A stretch of DNA of 64,000 nucleotides from positions 1,056,001-1,120,000 of the forward strand of contig CBDBDQ010000005.1 of NCBI GenBank assembly GCA_965203905.1, given 5' to 3'. The notes beneath the pieces were generated by a model that saw only the letters and a program-made list of their open reading frames with translations, searched no databases and was not told the origin of the DNA. The DNA comes from Spirochaetia bacterium (GTDB lineage: Bacteria; Spirochaetota; Spirochaetia; SZUA-6; Bin103). Position 1 is the stretch's first letter. Every line of letters begins with the position of its first letter. Both the position numbers and the translations under genes were made by a program. Shown here piece by piece: positions 49,005 to 59,555 of the stretch.

Positions 49005-50387
49005 CTACTTCAGGAACGCGCTGTGGATCACCTGCAGCGCGCGGCGTTCATCGGCGGCGGTCACGACCAGGGAAATGTTCCGCTCCGACGATCCCTGGGC
49101 GATGGCCAGCACGTTGATGCCGTGGGCTCCGAGGGCCCCAAACAACTTGCCGGCGATGCCGGGGGTACCGCGCATGTTCTCGCCGATGATGGCGACGATG
49201 GCGAGCGCGCGGCGCAGGTCGAAGGTGTCGATGCGCCTGGTTTCCAGCTCCAGCGCCAGCTCCGAGCGCAGCGCGGCCAGCGCGGCATCCGCCCCCGCGT
49301 CATCCAGCACCAGGCAGATGCTGTGCTCGGAGGAAGCCTGGGAGATCATCATCACGTTGACCTCGGCCCGCGCCAGCGCCCCCAGCACCCGCGCCGCGAT
49401 GCCGCGCATGCCCAGCATGCCGCCGCCCTCCACGTTGATCAGGGCGATGGAGTCGACCGACGCAATGCCGGTTATGGCGCGCTCGGAACCGCTGGACTGA
49501 TCGCTGACGCGGGTGCCCGGCTGCTGCGGCTGCAGGGTGTTCCTGATGCGGATCGGAATGGCGCGCTCCACCACCGGCACCATGGTGTAGGGATGGATCA
49601 CGCGCGCCCCGAAGTAGGACATCTCCATCGCTTCCTGGTAGCTGAGCTGGCCGATCACGAACGCCTCCGGCACGTAGCGCGGATCGGCGCTCATGACCCC
49701 GTCGACGTCGGTCCAGATCTCCAGCTCGTCGGCATCCAGCGCGGCGGCGATCAGCGACGCGGTATAGTCGGACCCGTCGCGACCGAGGGTGGTGGTGACG
49801 CCGTCCGCGGTAGCGCCGATGAAGCCGGGCACCACGCAGGCGATCCGCGCCAGCGGTTGCAACGCCGCGCGCACGCGGCCGTAGGTGGCGTCGAACTGCA
49901 CCGCGGCGCTGCCGTGGTGGGAGTCGGTGAGGATCAGCTCGCGCGCGTCGACCAGGCGGGTGTCCAGGTCCAGGTCGGCCAGCAGGCGGCTGGTGATGGT
50001 GGTCATCAGCCGTTCGCCGAAACTCATCACCAGGTCCAGGGTACGCGGCGAGCACTCGCGCAGCAGGTTCACGCCGTGCAGCACCTCGTCCAGCTCGGCG
50101 AGCAGAAGCTGCAGCCTGGTCAGGATCAGCGCCTGGCCGCGCGGCGGGCACAGGTCGCGCACCACCCCCACGTGGCGGGCGCGGAGTTCTTCCACCGCCG
50201 CGCGTGGATCTCCGCCGCCGGCCGCCTCCCGCGCCGCACCGATCAGCACGTCGGTGGTTCCACCCATGGCGGAGAACACCGCCACACCGCCCGCCTCCAG
50301 CCGCTGCCGGGCAATCTGCATGGCGCGCTGCAGCCGTTCGCTGTCCGCGAGCGAACTGCCGCCGAATTTCACTACTCTGCCGCTCAC
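49005..50387 (-). CDS. Aspartate kinase (monofunctional, two ACT domains); start may be 50417
   Basis: VVKFGGSS, SFGE, TLGRDGSDYTA, WTDVDG, SYFGARVIHP, ISQASSEHSI and IAQGSSERNIS motifs. Confidence 0.95.
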   Translation of the reverse strand: MSGRVVKFGGSSLADSERLQRAMQIARQRLEAGGVAVFSAMGGTTDVLIGAAREAAGGGDPRAAVEELRARHVGVVRDLCPPRGQALILTRLQLLLAELDEVLHGVNLLRECSPRTLDLVMSFGERLMTTITSRLLADLDLDTRLVDARELILTDSHHGSAAVQFDATYGRVRAALQPLARIACVVPGFIGATADGVTTTLGRDGSDYTASLIAAALDADELEIWTDVDGVMSADPRYVPEAFVIGQLSYQEAMEMSYFGARVIHPYTMVPVVERAIPIRIRNTLQPQQPGTRVSDQSSGSERAITGIASVDSIALINVEGGGMLGMRGIAARVLGALARAEVNVMMISQASSEHSICLVLDDAGADAALAALRSELALELETRRIDTFDLRRALAIVAIIGENMRGTPGIAGKLFGALGAHGINVLAIAQGSSERNISLVVTAADERRALQVIHSAFLK

Positions 50388-50491
50388 CGCCGTCCTGTGC
50401 CCCGCGAAGGTAACCATAGCGGCGGGGAAAGTCTTGCCGCCGCCGCGATCGCCGTTGCCGAAGGCGCGCACTTCGGGCGAGGCTGGGGCCG

Positions 50492-51535
50492 ATGGCTGCA
50501 ACCGATTCGGTCCTGACGCGACGCCTGCTGCAACAGATCGAGGCGACGGTGACGGCGACGCTGCCGAGCGCGCCGGCCGGGCGCGCCGCCGCCGCGGAAC
50601 TGGGCGAGGATCCGCAGTTGCCGGAGATCGAAGCGCCGGGACGCGACCTGCTGGAACGCGGCGGCAAGCGCTGGCGGCCATTGCTGCTGGCGCTGACCTG
50701 CCGCCTGTGCAACGGTCCCGAAGCGGCCGCGGTGGCGCTCGCTCCGCTGGTGGAGCTGGCGCACACCGGCAGCCTGATCATCGACGACATCGAAGATGGC
50801 GCCGACCTGCGCCGCGGCGCGCCGGCGGCCCACATCCGCCACGGTCTGGACCTCGCGATCAACGCGGGCAACCTGCTCTATTTCCTGCCGGAGACCAGTA
50901 TCGCGGCCGCACACCTGGATCCCGCGACCGAGCTGCAGGTGTACCGCCTCTACCTGCGCGCGATGCTGCGCCTGCACTACGGGCAGGGGCTGGACATCCT
51001 CTGGCACCGGGAGCCGGAGCGGGTCCCCGCGCCGGCCGAGTACTTCACCATGTGCCGCTGCAAGTCCGGCAGCCTGGCGGGGCTCGCCACCGGCCTCGGC
51101 GCCGTGCTCGCCGGCGCCCCCGCCGAACTCGCCGCGCTCCTGCGCCGGGCCGGGGAGGAGTTCGGAGTCTGCTTCCAGATCATCGACGACGTACGCAACC
51201 TGACCACCGGCAATCCCGGCAAGCGCCGCGGCGACGACCTGCTGGAGGGCAAGAAGAGTCTGCCGGTGATTCTCTACTGCAACCGTGACGCCGCTTCCCG
51301 CCGCCGCATGGTGGACCGCCTGGCCGCCTGCTCGACCGCGGGCGCGGGCGCGGGCGACGACGCGGTGGAAGAGACGATCGTGCTGCTCGAGCGCGCCGGA
51401 GCCATCGAGCAGGCCCGCAGCGAGGCGCGCAGCCGCTACGGGGAGGTCATGCGCGGCCTGGAGCGGGAGGCGAAGATCGCCGGCGCGGAGTCCTGGACGG
51501 CGCTGAAGGCGGTCACCGACGCGCTCATCGGCTGA
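50492..51535 (+). CDS. Polyprenyl diphosphate synthase (GGPP synthase-like)
   Basis: GGKRWRP, DDIED....RRG, GQ.LDI, FQIIDD and DLLEGK motifs. Confidence 0.93.
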   Translation: MAATDSVLTRRLLQQIEATVTATLPSAPAGRAAAAELGEDPQLPEIEAPGRDLLERGGKRWRPLLLALTCRLCNGPEAAAVALAPLVELAHTGSLIIDDIEDGADLRRGAPAAHIRHGLDLAINAGNLLYFLPETSIAAAHLDPATELQVYRLYLRAMLRLHYGQGLDILWHREPERVPAPAEYFTMCRCKSGSLAGLATGLGAVLAGAPAELAALLRRAGEEFGVCFQIIDDVRNLTTGNPGKRRGDDLLEGKKSLPVILYCNRDAASRRRMVDRLAACSTAGAGAGDDAVEETIVLLERAGAIEQARSEARSRYGEVMRGLEREAKIAGAESWTALKAVTDALIG

Positions 51536-51632
51536 TGCGCACCGCGGCGGCGAGCCCGGGAAGCACCACGCGACGCCGCTCGGACGCGTGCCGTTTGCCT
51601 CCGCGGCGAGCCGGCTGGTACCTTCTGTCAAC

Positions 51633-52256
51633 ATGAGGAGCGGCCGGCGCCAACTCCTGGCCTACCGTTACTACAACGCCACCATGGCACTCATCATAGC
51701 CAACGTGGCGGTGTTCCTGCTGGAGTTCACCAGCCGCAGCGTGATCCGCGATTTCGCGCTGATTCCCCCGGAGGCGGTCAGCGGGCGCTGGTGGACCCTC
51801 GTCACCTACATGTTCCTGCACTCCACCGGTTCGCTGTACCACATCATCTTCAACATGCTCGGGCTGATGTGGTTCGGCACCCCCGTGGAACGCCACATCG
51901 GCAGCCACGAGTTCCTCGCCCTCTACCTCGTCTGCGGGGTGGCGGCCGGCCTCTTCGCCATGCTGTTCTCGATCGATCGGGCGGTGGCCATCATCGGTGC
52001 CTCCGGCGCCCTGTTCGCGGTCATGCTCACCTTTGCCACGCTGTATCCCGACTCGGTGATCTATGCGTTCTGGTTCGTGCCCATGCGGGCTCCGCTGGCG
52101 GTGCTGATTTTCGCCGGCATCGCGGTATTCGGAACCATGACCGGGTTCTCTCCCGGCGTTTCCCACCTGACTCATCTCGGCGGCCTGATCGCCGGCTTTC
52201 TGTACGTGTTGCTGCGTCTCGGCAGGAACCCCCTCGATGCATTCTTCCGGCGTTGA
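51633..52256 (+). CDS. Rhomboid family intramembrane serine protease
   Basis: TYMFLH, HIIFNM, GASG and HLGG motifs. Confidence 0.93.
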   Translation: MRSGRRQLLAYRYYNATMALIIANVAVFLLEFTSRSVIRDFALIPPEAVSGRWWTLVTYMFLHSTGSLYHIIFNMLGLMWFGTPVERHIGSHEFLALYLVCGVAAGLFAMLFSIDRAVAIIGASGALFAVMLTFATLYPDSVIYAFWFVPMRAPLAVLIFAGIAVFGTMTGFSPGVSHLTHLGGLIAGFLYVLLRLGRNPLDAFFRR

Positions 52257-53865
52257 TAGGGCGGCGCGCACCGCCGCGTGCAGCGTCCTGCTGGCGGCGA
52301 TGTGCCTGGGCGGTCCCGGGCTGGCCGCCCAGACCGATACCCTGGCGGCCGACACCCTGGTGGTGGCCTATCCGCCGCAGCAGTTCTCGCTCGATCCGCT
52401 GCACACCTTCTCCACCACCGAGGCGCAGCTCTTCACCGCCGTCTACGAGGGACTGGTGGCCTACGATCCCATCACCCTGAACCCGGTCGCCGGCCAGGCG
52501 GAGCGCTGGGAAATCTCGCGCGACCGTACCACCTACACCTTCCACCTGCGCGCCGACGCGCGCTTCTCGAACGGCGACCCGCTGCGCGCCGAGGACTTCC
52601 GCGCCTCCTGGCTGCGCATTCTCGATCCCGGCGCCGCGGCCGAGTACTCATTCCTGTTCGACGTCATCAAGGGAGTCGCCGAGTACCGCAGCGGCGAGCT
52701 GAACGATCCGGGGCGCGTGGGCATCCGCGCGCTGAGCGACCGGGTGCTGGAAGTGGAGCTCACGGAGCCCGCGGACCACTTCCTCAAGGTCCTGGCGCAC
52801 CACAGCTTCTCCGCCATCCACTCCGGCTACCTCGGCGCCCTGAACTGGGACCGCGCCGGGCAGCTCATCGGCAACGGTCCGTTCCGGGTGAGCTCCTGGA
52901 CCGACCGCGAGCTGGTGCTGGAGCGCAACGAGTACTACTGGGGCAGCTCGCAGGTGGAGATCGAGCGGTTGGTGGTGCGCTTCTACGACAACCCGGAGGA
53001 GGTCACGCGCGCCTTCCTGCAGGGCGAGATCCACTGGGCGAACATCTGGGCCCCCAGCGGCGAGCTGAGACCTTACGTGGTCGCCAACCCCCTGTTCGCG
53101 ACCACCTACTTCTACTTCCGCAGCGACCGCGAGCCGTTCGACGACGAGCGGGTACGCCAGGGCCTGGCGTTGCTGCTGCCGTGGGACCGGATCCGCGACA
53201 CCTCGCAGATGTTTTTCCCCAGTGACGTGCTGGTGCCGGACATCGCCGACTATCCCGAGGTGGTCGGAATCCGCGAGCGGGACGAGCGGCGCGGGCTGAA
53301 GCTGCTCGATCAGGCCGGCCACGCGCGCGGCAGCGGGCTGCCACCGATCAGCATCAAGGTGGCGGCCGGCAGCGTGGCGGTGCCGGTGGCGGAGGTGATG
53401 CAGGAGACCTGGGAGGGACTGCTGGGAGTGGAAGTGTCGGTCCAGGAGTTCCAGTACCGCGACCTGCTGGAGGAGATCCGCGGCGGCGACTTCACCCTCG
53501 CCCACCAGACCTGGGTGGGCGACTTTGCCGATCCCCTCACCTTCCTGCAGATGTGGATGCGCTCCAGCAACCTCAATGACGCGGCTTACGTCAGCAGGCA
53601 GTACGACCGCGCGGTACAGCGTGCGTTGCGCGCGGCCGGGCCGGAGCGCCTGCAGGCGCTGGCGCAGGCCGAGGAGATGTTGCTGGAGGAGGCGGTGATC
53701 CTCCCCATCAGCCACATGGTCGCCTTCAACCTGGTGAACCGCGGCTGGATCGACGGCTGGTATCCCAACGCCCTCGACATCCATCCGTTCCGCTTCATCC
53801 GCTTTCGGGCGCTGCAGGGACCGCGCGGCGTGGCGCGGGCGCCGGCCACGGGCGCGCCCGGCTAG
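52237..53865 (+). CDS. Peptide ABC transporter substrate-binding protein (OppA-like); start uncertain
   Basis: LDP, YEGLV, YTFHLR..ARFSNGD, GNGPF, ERNEYYW and WVGDFADP motifs; signal-like N-terminus. Confidence 0.9.
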   Translation: MHSSGVDRAARTAACSVLLAAMCLGGPGLAAQTDTLAADTLVVAYPPQQFSLDPLHTFSTTEAQLFTAVYEGLVAYDPITLNPVAGQAERWEISRDRTTYTFHLRADARFSNGDPLRAEDFRASWLRILDPGAAAEYSFLFDVIKGVAEYRSGELNDPGRVGIRALSDRVLEVELTEPADHFLKVLAHHSFSAIHSGYLGALNWDRAGQLIGNGPFRVSSWTDRELVLERNEYYWGSSQVEIERLVVRFYDNPEEVTRAFLQGEIHWANIWAPSGELRPYVVANPLFATTYFYFRSDREPFDDERVRQGLALLLPWDRIRDTSQMFFPSDVLVPDIADYPEVVGIRERDERRGLKLLDQAGHARGSGLPPISIKVAAGSVAVPVAEVMQETWEGLLGVEVSVQEFQYRDLLEEIRGGDFTLAHQTWVGDFADPLTFLQMWMRSSNLNDAAYVSRQYDRAVQRALRAAGPERLQALAQAEEMLLEEAVILPISHMVAFNLVNRGWIDGWYPNALDIHPFRFIRFRALQGPRGVARAPATGAPG

Positions 53866-53886
53866 CGCCCGTCTTGCCTTTCCTGG

Positions 53887-54630
53887 TCAATTCTCGGGTT
53901 CGCTCGTGCGCGCTGCCTCGCCGCCGGCGGCGAACCGCTCCAGCAGCGCGGTGAGGCGCTTGCGGAACAGCACGCCGATGCCGAACAGCACCACCGCCAA
54001 CGCCATCACCACGCCGGCAAACAGCCAGCGCTCCCCGGCCGCGGCGTCGCCCATCACCACGCTGCCCACGATTCCCGGCAGGCGGCCAACGGTGGAGATG
54101 GCAATGAACACGGCAAAGCGCATGCGTGACAACCCGGCGACGTAGCACAGAATGTCCTTGGGGATGCCCGGTATCAGGAAGAACAGGAAAAAGGTGATGG
54201 TAGCCCGCGGCGATGCCGCGACCTGGCGCATCCGGTCGAGTTGCTCGTGGCGCAGGATGGCGCTCAGGAAGTCGATTCCCAGCAGGCGTGAGGCCATGAA
54301 GGCTATTCCCGAGCCGATGGCGATCCCCAACGAGGTAAGGGCCAAGCCGCCGGCAATCCCGAACAGGTAGCCGCTGGCGATCTGCGGCACTTCGCCGGGA
54401 ACGATGAAGATGACCACCTGCACGATCTGGACGGCGATGAACGCCAGCGGGGCCACGACCCCGAACCCGCGCACCCAGGCGCGCAGCTCGTCCGGTGCCG
54501 TGGCCACGGCCCAGAGCTGCTCACGAAACAGCAGGATCAGCACCAGCATGGTGACGAACAGGAGCGGATAGGCCAGCAGCGCCACCAGGCGCCGGGCGAG
54601 TGATGTGGGGGGCCGATGTTCGGCAGCCAT
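53887..54630 (-). CDS. TVP38/TMEM64 (DedA/SNARE-associated) membrane protein
   Basis: QVVIFIVPGE...GYLFG, FLIPGIPKDILCY.AGLS and GRLPG motifs. Confidence 0.9.
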   Translation of the reverse strand: MAAEHRPPTSLARRLVALLAYPLLFVTMLVLILLFREQLWAVATAPDELRAWVRGFGVVAPLAFIAVQIVQVVIFIVPGEVPQIASGYLFGIAGGLALTSLGIAIGSGIAFMASRLLGIDFLSAILRHEQLDRMRQVAASPRATITFFLFFLIPGIPKDILCYVAGLSRMRFAVFIAISTVGRLPGIVGSVVMGDAAAGERWLFAGVVMALAVVLFGIGVLFRKRLTALLERFAAGGEAARTSEPEN

Positions 54631-54712
54631 GCTGCGCCTAATATAGCGCCTCAGGAGCATCAGGAGCGGCCCGTTTGCACGGCGCATGGTCTGTCGTTAT
54701 ATTTCCGCGGTG

Positions 54713-55660
54713 ATGTTGACGTTGCGTGCACTCGGGGACGCGCCGAACCGGTTGGCGAGTGTCAGGGCTGCCTCGATTCCCGAGTTCAGCGCCGCGCGTA
54801 CCGCGGCCTCCGCTTCTGCCTCGACCGTTGCTCCGGCGGCCGATGCCGCGCCGTCACCGAAGGTTCCCACGGCCGAGACGCCGGCAGCGGAGCCCGAAGC
54901 CGCCACCACGCCAGCGGCAAAGCCGAGCGGCAAGCGCACTTCCAAGGCCCCCGCCAAGTCCGAGCCGAGCAGGAAGAAGAAGGCGGCCGCCACCAAGCCC
55001 GGCAAGGCCGCTGCCAAGGAGACCACCGCCACCGGTACCAAGACTGCGTCCACCAGGACCAGCGCCAAGGCCGCGGCGAAGACCGAGGCGAAGAGCGAGG
55101 CGGCGTCCGCCGCCAAGACCGCCGCCGGCAAGGGCAAGAGCACCCGCAAGAGCACCAGGAAGCGCCGCCTGCAGTACAAGGTGGGCCAGCAACTCGTCTA
55201 CCCCCTGCAGGGAGTGGGCCAGGTGCGCAACATCGAGGAGCGGCCGTTCCGCGATCAGACGCTGCTCTACTACGTGGTCTACCTCGAAGTGTCGGACATG
55301 ACCATCATGGTACCGGTAGACAAGGCCGACGAGCTGGGAATCCGCGCCATCGTGCCGCGCACCGAGGCGCGCAGCGCGCTGACCCTGATCGGCGAGGATT
55401 ACGAGCCGATTCCCACCGACTGGAAGCTGCGCTACCAGATGAACCTGGACCTGCTCAAGGCCGGGGCGGTGAGCGACATCGCCACCGTGGTGCGCGCGCT
55501 GTACCACCGCAGCCGGATCAAGGAGCTGCCGATCCTCGAGCGCAAGCTGTACGACAACGCGCGCTCGCTGCTGGTGGACGAGCTGTCGTTCTCGTTGGGC
55601 AAGGATAAGGCCAAGGTCGAAGAGCTGATCAACTCGCGCCTGGAAGTGGGCGTGAAGTAA
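54713..55660 (+). CDS. CarD/CdnL family RNA polymerase-binding regulator with a long Ala/Lys/Thr-rich N-terminal extension; start uncertain
   Basis: YKVGQQLVYPLQGVG, MVPV....LGIR, DWKLRY and L..LERKLY...LL.DEL motifs. Confidence 0.9.
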   Translation: MLTLRALGDAPNRLASVRAASIPEFSAARTAASASASTVAPAADAAPSPKVPTAETPAAEPEAATTPAAKPSGKRTSKAPAKSEPSRKKKAAATKPGKAAAKETTATGTKTASTRTSAKAAAKTEAKSEAASAAKTAAGKGKSTRKSTRKRRLQYKVGQQLVYPLQGVGQVRNIEERPFRDQTLLYYVVYLEVSDMTIMVPVDKADELGIRAIVPRTEARSALTLIGEDYEPIPTDWKLRYQMNLDLLKAGAVSDIATVVRALYHRSRIKELPILERKLYDNARSLLVDELSFSLGKDKAKVEELINSRLEVGVK

Positions 55661-55663
55661 CGG

Positions 55664-56323
55664 GTGGCGCGCCGGCGCATCCCCTGGAAGCGCACGCTCG
55701 ACACCTTTGCGCGGGGGGTGGGAAGAGCCGTTCCGGCGGTCACCGAGCTGGCCAGCGAACGGCGCGACCCGTTCCAGGTGCTGGTCTCCACGGTCATATC
55801 GCTGCGCACCAAGGACGAGGTCACGGGACCGGCGTCGCGCCGGCTGCTGGCCCGCGCCCCGACGGTGCCCGCCCTGGCCGCGGTACCCGCCGCGGAAATC
55901 TCCAGGCTGATCTACCCCGCCGGCTTCTACCGCACCAAGGGCCGCCAGCTGCGTGAGATCGCCGCCATCCTGATACGCGACCACGGTGCCGCCGTGCCCG
56001 ACTCCCTGGCGGCGCTGTTACGGCTGCCGGGGGTGGGCCGCAAGACCGCGAACCTGGTGCTGGGCCTGGGGTTCGGCATACCGGCAATCTGCGTGGACAC
56101 CCACGTGCACCGGATCTGCAACCGCCTCGGCTGGGTGCGCACGCGCACTCCCGACGACACCGAGCTGGCGCTCGCGCGCTCGCTGCCGCGGCAGTACTGG
56201 ATTCCCATCAACGGCATCATGGTGGGCTACGGCCAGCAGGTGTGCACCCCCGTCGCCCCACACTGCTCCCGCTGCCCGCTGCGTGACACCTGCCCGCGGC
56301 ACGGGGTCACCCGCCACCGCTGA
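55664..56323 (+). CDS. nth: Endonuclease III
   Basis: HhH LPGVGRKTAN, VDTHVHR and C-x6-C-x2-C-x5-C motifs. Confidence 0.94.
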   Translation: MARRRIPWKRTLDTFARGVGRAVPAVTELASERRDPFQVLVSTVISLRTKDEVTGPASRRLLARAPTVPALAAVPAAEISRLIYPAGFYRTKGRQLREIAAILIRDHGAAVPDSLAALLRLPGVGRKTANLVLGLGFGIPAICVDTHVHRICNRLGWVRTRTPDDTELALARSLPRQYWIPINGIMVGYGQQVCTPVAPHCSRCPLRDTCPRHGVTRHR

Positions 56324-56332
56324 GCGCGCCGT

Positions 56333-57562
56333 TCAAGGCAGACGCCGGATGCGCGGCAGCCCGGCCGCCGTCGCCGCGCTCGCCCCCAGCAGCACCGTAC
56401 CGCTGACGAACAACGCCCACGGGGCGCCGATGGCGCCGGCCAGGGCACCGAGCCCGAGGTGTCCCACCGGCGCCACGCCGATGCTCAGGGTCCACGCGCC
56501 CATGGCGCGGCCGCGCTCGTGCTCGGCAACGTTCTCCTGCATCAGCGTCATGTGCAACGTATCCACGCACATCGCGCAAGCGGTCGCCAGCGACAGCACG
56601 GCCACGTAGTACACCACGTCCGTAACCAGCACCAGGGCCATGAGGCAGACGCCGAAGGCGGCCATGACGGCGAACATCAGCATGCCCTTGCGGCGGAAGT
56701 TGCCGAGCGCCGCAAGCCCGACCTGGCCGGCGATTCCGCCCACCTGGCGCACTCCGGTAAGCACTCCCAGACCCACCGCCCCCAGCCCCAGCACCTCCTT
56801 GGCGAGCACCGGCAGCAGGCTCATGTGGGTGAACCCGAACAGCTCGTTGATCCCGGTCAACAGCATCAGCGTGACCAGGATCCGATTGCGGCGCATGATG
56901 CCGACGTATTCCGCCAGGACGCGTACCACCGATTGCGGCGGGTGTTCCCGGGTCCCGGCAGCGGCGCGGATGAACAGCGCGAATCCGCCGGAAGCCAGGT
57001 ACACCAGGCCGATGACGAGAAACTGCCCGCCGGCCCCGATCGCGGAGATGATGATCCCGGAAAGCAGCGACCCGCACACCAGCCCCACCTGCATGCTTAC
57101 CGAGTTCAGCGACATCCCGTTGAGCGCCAGCTTCGCCCCCACGATGTCGTAGGTAAGCGACTGGCGCGTGGTCATCAGGAAGGCGGTGGCGCAGCCGTTG
57201 AGAGCCGTCAGCGCCAGGATGTGCCAGAGCCGCGCCAGGTCCGCCAGCAGCGCCGCCGCCATCACGCCGGACGTCACGGCGGCGGCCACGGTCACGATGC
57301 GCAACAGGCGGCTGCGATTCATCCGGTCCGCCACCGCGCCGGTCACGGCGCCCAGGAAGAAGAACGGGACCATCGAGATGGCGGACGCCGCCGCGGTCAC
57401 AAACGCGGAACCGGTGAGCTCGAACACCAGCCAACCGGTGACCACCCAGTTCATCCCCACGGCTGCCGATTGCAGCAGCACGCACAACCACAGCAGCCGA
57501 AAGTCGGGGAACTGCAACGAGCGCGCCCACCCGGGACCGATCACCCCGCTGCCGCGCCTCAT
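56333..57562 (-). CDS. MFS transporter
   Basis: About 12 TM; motif A GAVADRMNRSRLL; ERGRAMG. Confidence 0.92.
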   Translation of the reverse strand: MRRGSGVIGPGWARSLQFPDFRLLWLCVLLQSAAVGMNWVVTGWLVFELTGSAFVTAAASAISMVPFFFLGAVTGAVADRMNRSRLLRIVTVAAAVTSGVMAAALLADLARLWHILALTALNGCATAFLMTTRQSLTYDIVGAKLALNGMSLNSVSMQVGLVCGSLLSGIIISAIGAGGQFLVIGLVYLASGGFALFIRAAAGTREHPPQSVVRVLAEYVGIMRRNRILVTLMLLTGINELFGFTHMSLLPVLAKEVLGLGAVGLGVLTGVRQVGGIAGQVGLAALGNFRRKGMLMFAVMAAFGVCLMALVLVTDVVYYVAVLSLATACAMCVDTLHMTLMQENVAEHERGRAMGAWTLSIGVAPVGHLGLGALAGAIGAPWALFVSGTVLLGASAATAAGLPRIRRLP

Positions 57563-57607
57563 GGGTACTGTGGCGTCGCCTGCCGGCCCATTGCGGGCCG
57601 CCGGCGG

Positions 57608-58180
57608 TCAGTCCTTCTCCAGCTCGTTGATGCGGTCGCGCAGCTTGGCGGCCTGCTCGTAATCTTCGTCCTGGACCGCGGCATCGAGCTCGCGGCGCAA
57701 CTCGGCAAGCTGGGAGGTGTCCATGCCGGAGGACTCCTCCTTGGACTGCGCCGGACGGCCGTCGTCATCGACTCCCGCCACCGAGCTCACCGGCATGCCG
57801 GCGTGATTGATGACGTCCTCGTCGATGAAGATCGGACACTTCACCCGTACCGCGAGCGCGATGCAGTCGGACGGGCGGGCATCGACCACCATCTCCTCGT
57901 CGTCCTGCAGCAGAATCAGGCGGGCATAGAAAATGGCGTCGTTGATGGCGGTAATCTCGATGCGATTCACCTCCGCATCGAGCCGCTGGAGGACCGACAG
58001 GAACAGATCATGGGTCAGTGGCCGGGCCGCGTTGACGTCGCCCAGCCCCATGACGATGGAGTGCGCGATGCTGGGATCGACGAAGATCGGTACCACCGAG
58101 TCGGTACCCGTGGGACGGATCAACACGGCGTTGCCGTCCTGGGCCTTGACCACGGTCCAGATGTCAGCCGGGACCAACAC
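57608..58180 (-). CDS. Bifunctional nuclease (DUF151) with a UVR domain
   Basis: RPLTHDLF, DARPSDCIALA and AVQDEDYEQAAKLRDRI motifs. Confidence 0.92.
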   Translation of the reverse strand: MLVPADIWTVVKAQDGNAVLIRPTGTDSVVPIFVDPSIAHSIVMGLGDVNAARPLTHDLFLSVLQRLDAEVNRIEITAINDAIFYARLILLQDDEEMVVDARPSDCIALAVRVKCPIFIDEDVINHAGMPVSSVAGVDDDGRPAQSKEESSGMDTSQLAELRRELDAAVQDEDYEQAAKLRDRINELEKD

Positions 58181-58227
58181 TCAGCTGCTCGCGGGGCACC
58201 CAATGCCCAGTGCGCGGACCGTGCCCA

Positions 58228-59478
58228 TTACGCGGACTTCTTCTCGCCCAGCAGCGTGACCGCCGGCGACTCCGCGTTCTGCACTACTTCGCGGGTCACG
58301 ACGACGCGCTTCTGTCCCTTCAGTGAAGGCACGTCGTACATGATGTCAACCATGATGTCTTCTATGATCGAGCGCAATCCGCGGGCGCCGGTCTTGCGCT
58401 GCACGGCCTTGCGTGCGATCGCGTCGATCGCCTCCTCCTCGAAGATGAGCTCGACATCGTCCAGCTTGAGCGACGCCTGGTACTGCTTGACCACGGAGTT
58501 GCGCGGTTCCACGATGATTCGCTTGAGCGAGTCCACGGAAAGCTGCTCCAGCGTCACCACCACCGGCAGCCGGCCGATGAACTCCGGGATCAAGCCATAG
58601 TGGATCAGATCGTCCGGCTCCAGGTGGGAGAACAGTTGCACCAGATCCTTCTCCTGAAAGTTCTGGATTTCGGCGCCGAAGCCGAGCGGGTTCTGCGCTA
58701 CCCGCGCCTCCACCACGGCATCCAGCCCCACGAACGCGCCGCCGCAGATGATCAGGATGTTGCTGGTGTCGATCTTCAGCATCTCCTGGTTCGGATGCTT
58801 GCGGCCCCCCTGGGGAGGTACCGAGGCCACGGTCCCCTCGATGATCTTGAGCAGTGCCTGCTGGACGCCTTCGCCCGACACGTCACGGGTAATGGAGACG
58901 TTCTCCCCCTTCTTGGCGATCTTGTCGATCTCGTCGATGTAGATGATGCCACGCTCGGCGTGGGCGATGTTGCTGCCCGCGTTCTGGATCAGCTTGAGCA
59001 GGATGTTCTCCACATCCTCGCCCACGTAGCCGGCCTCGGTGAGCGTGGTGGCATCGGCGATGGCGAACGGCACCTTCAGCTTGCGCGCCAGGGTTTCTGC
59101 CAGCAGCGTCTTGCCGACTCCGGTGGGACCGATCAGCAGCACGTTGGACTTGTCCAGCTCCACGTCGCTGTCGCCCTGGTGCCGCATGGCGATGCGCTTG
59201 TAGTGACTGTACACCGCGACCGACAGCACTTTCTTGGCCTCTTCCTGGCCGATTACGTACTGGTCCAGGTAGCGCTTGATCTCTTTCGGCTTGGGGATCT
59301 CCTCCTGGAACTCGGCAGTGAGGTTCTCTTCCTCGTCATCCAGGATTTTCTTGCAGACGGTGACGCATTCGTCGCAGATGTAGACGCCGGGACCGGCAAT
59401 CAGTCGGCGCGCCGTATCGGCGCTCTTGCCGCAGAACGAGCACAGCTTCTGTCCATTGGCCTTACTGGTCTTCGCCAC
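58228..59478 (-). CDS. clpX: ATP-dependent Clp protease ATPase ClpX
   Basis: CSFCGK...CDEC zinc domain, [34 protein letters not shown] and TGARGLR motifs. Confidence 0.98.
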   Translation of the reverse strand: MAKTSKANGQKLCSFCGKSADTARRLIAGPGVYICDECVTVCKKILDDEEENLTAEFQEEIPKPKEIKRYLDQYVIGQEEAKKVLSVAVYSHYKRIAMRHQGDSDVELDKSNVLLIGPTGVGKTLLAETLARKLKVPFAIADATTLTEAGYVGEDVENILLKLIQNAGSNIAHAERGIIYIDEIDKIAKKGENVSITRDVSGEGVQQALLKIIEGTVASVPPQGGRKHPNQEMLKIDTSNILIICGGAFVGLDAVVEARVAQNPLGFGAEIQNFQEKDLVQLFSHLEPDDLIHYGLIPEFIGRLPVVVTLEQLSVDSLKRIIVEPRNSVVKQYQASLKLDDVELIFEEEAIDAIARKAVQRKTGARGLRSIIEDIMVDIMYDVPSLKGQKRVVVTREVVQNAESPAVTLLGEKKSA

Positions 59479-59555
59479 CTGCAGCTCCGGCCATCAGTCG
59501 ATCAGCTTCCGAACAGCTCAATGTCCCCAAGCAACTCATCTGTCCCCGTCCGCCG

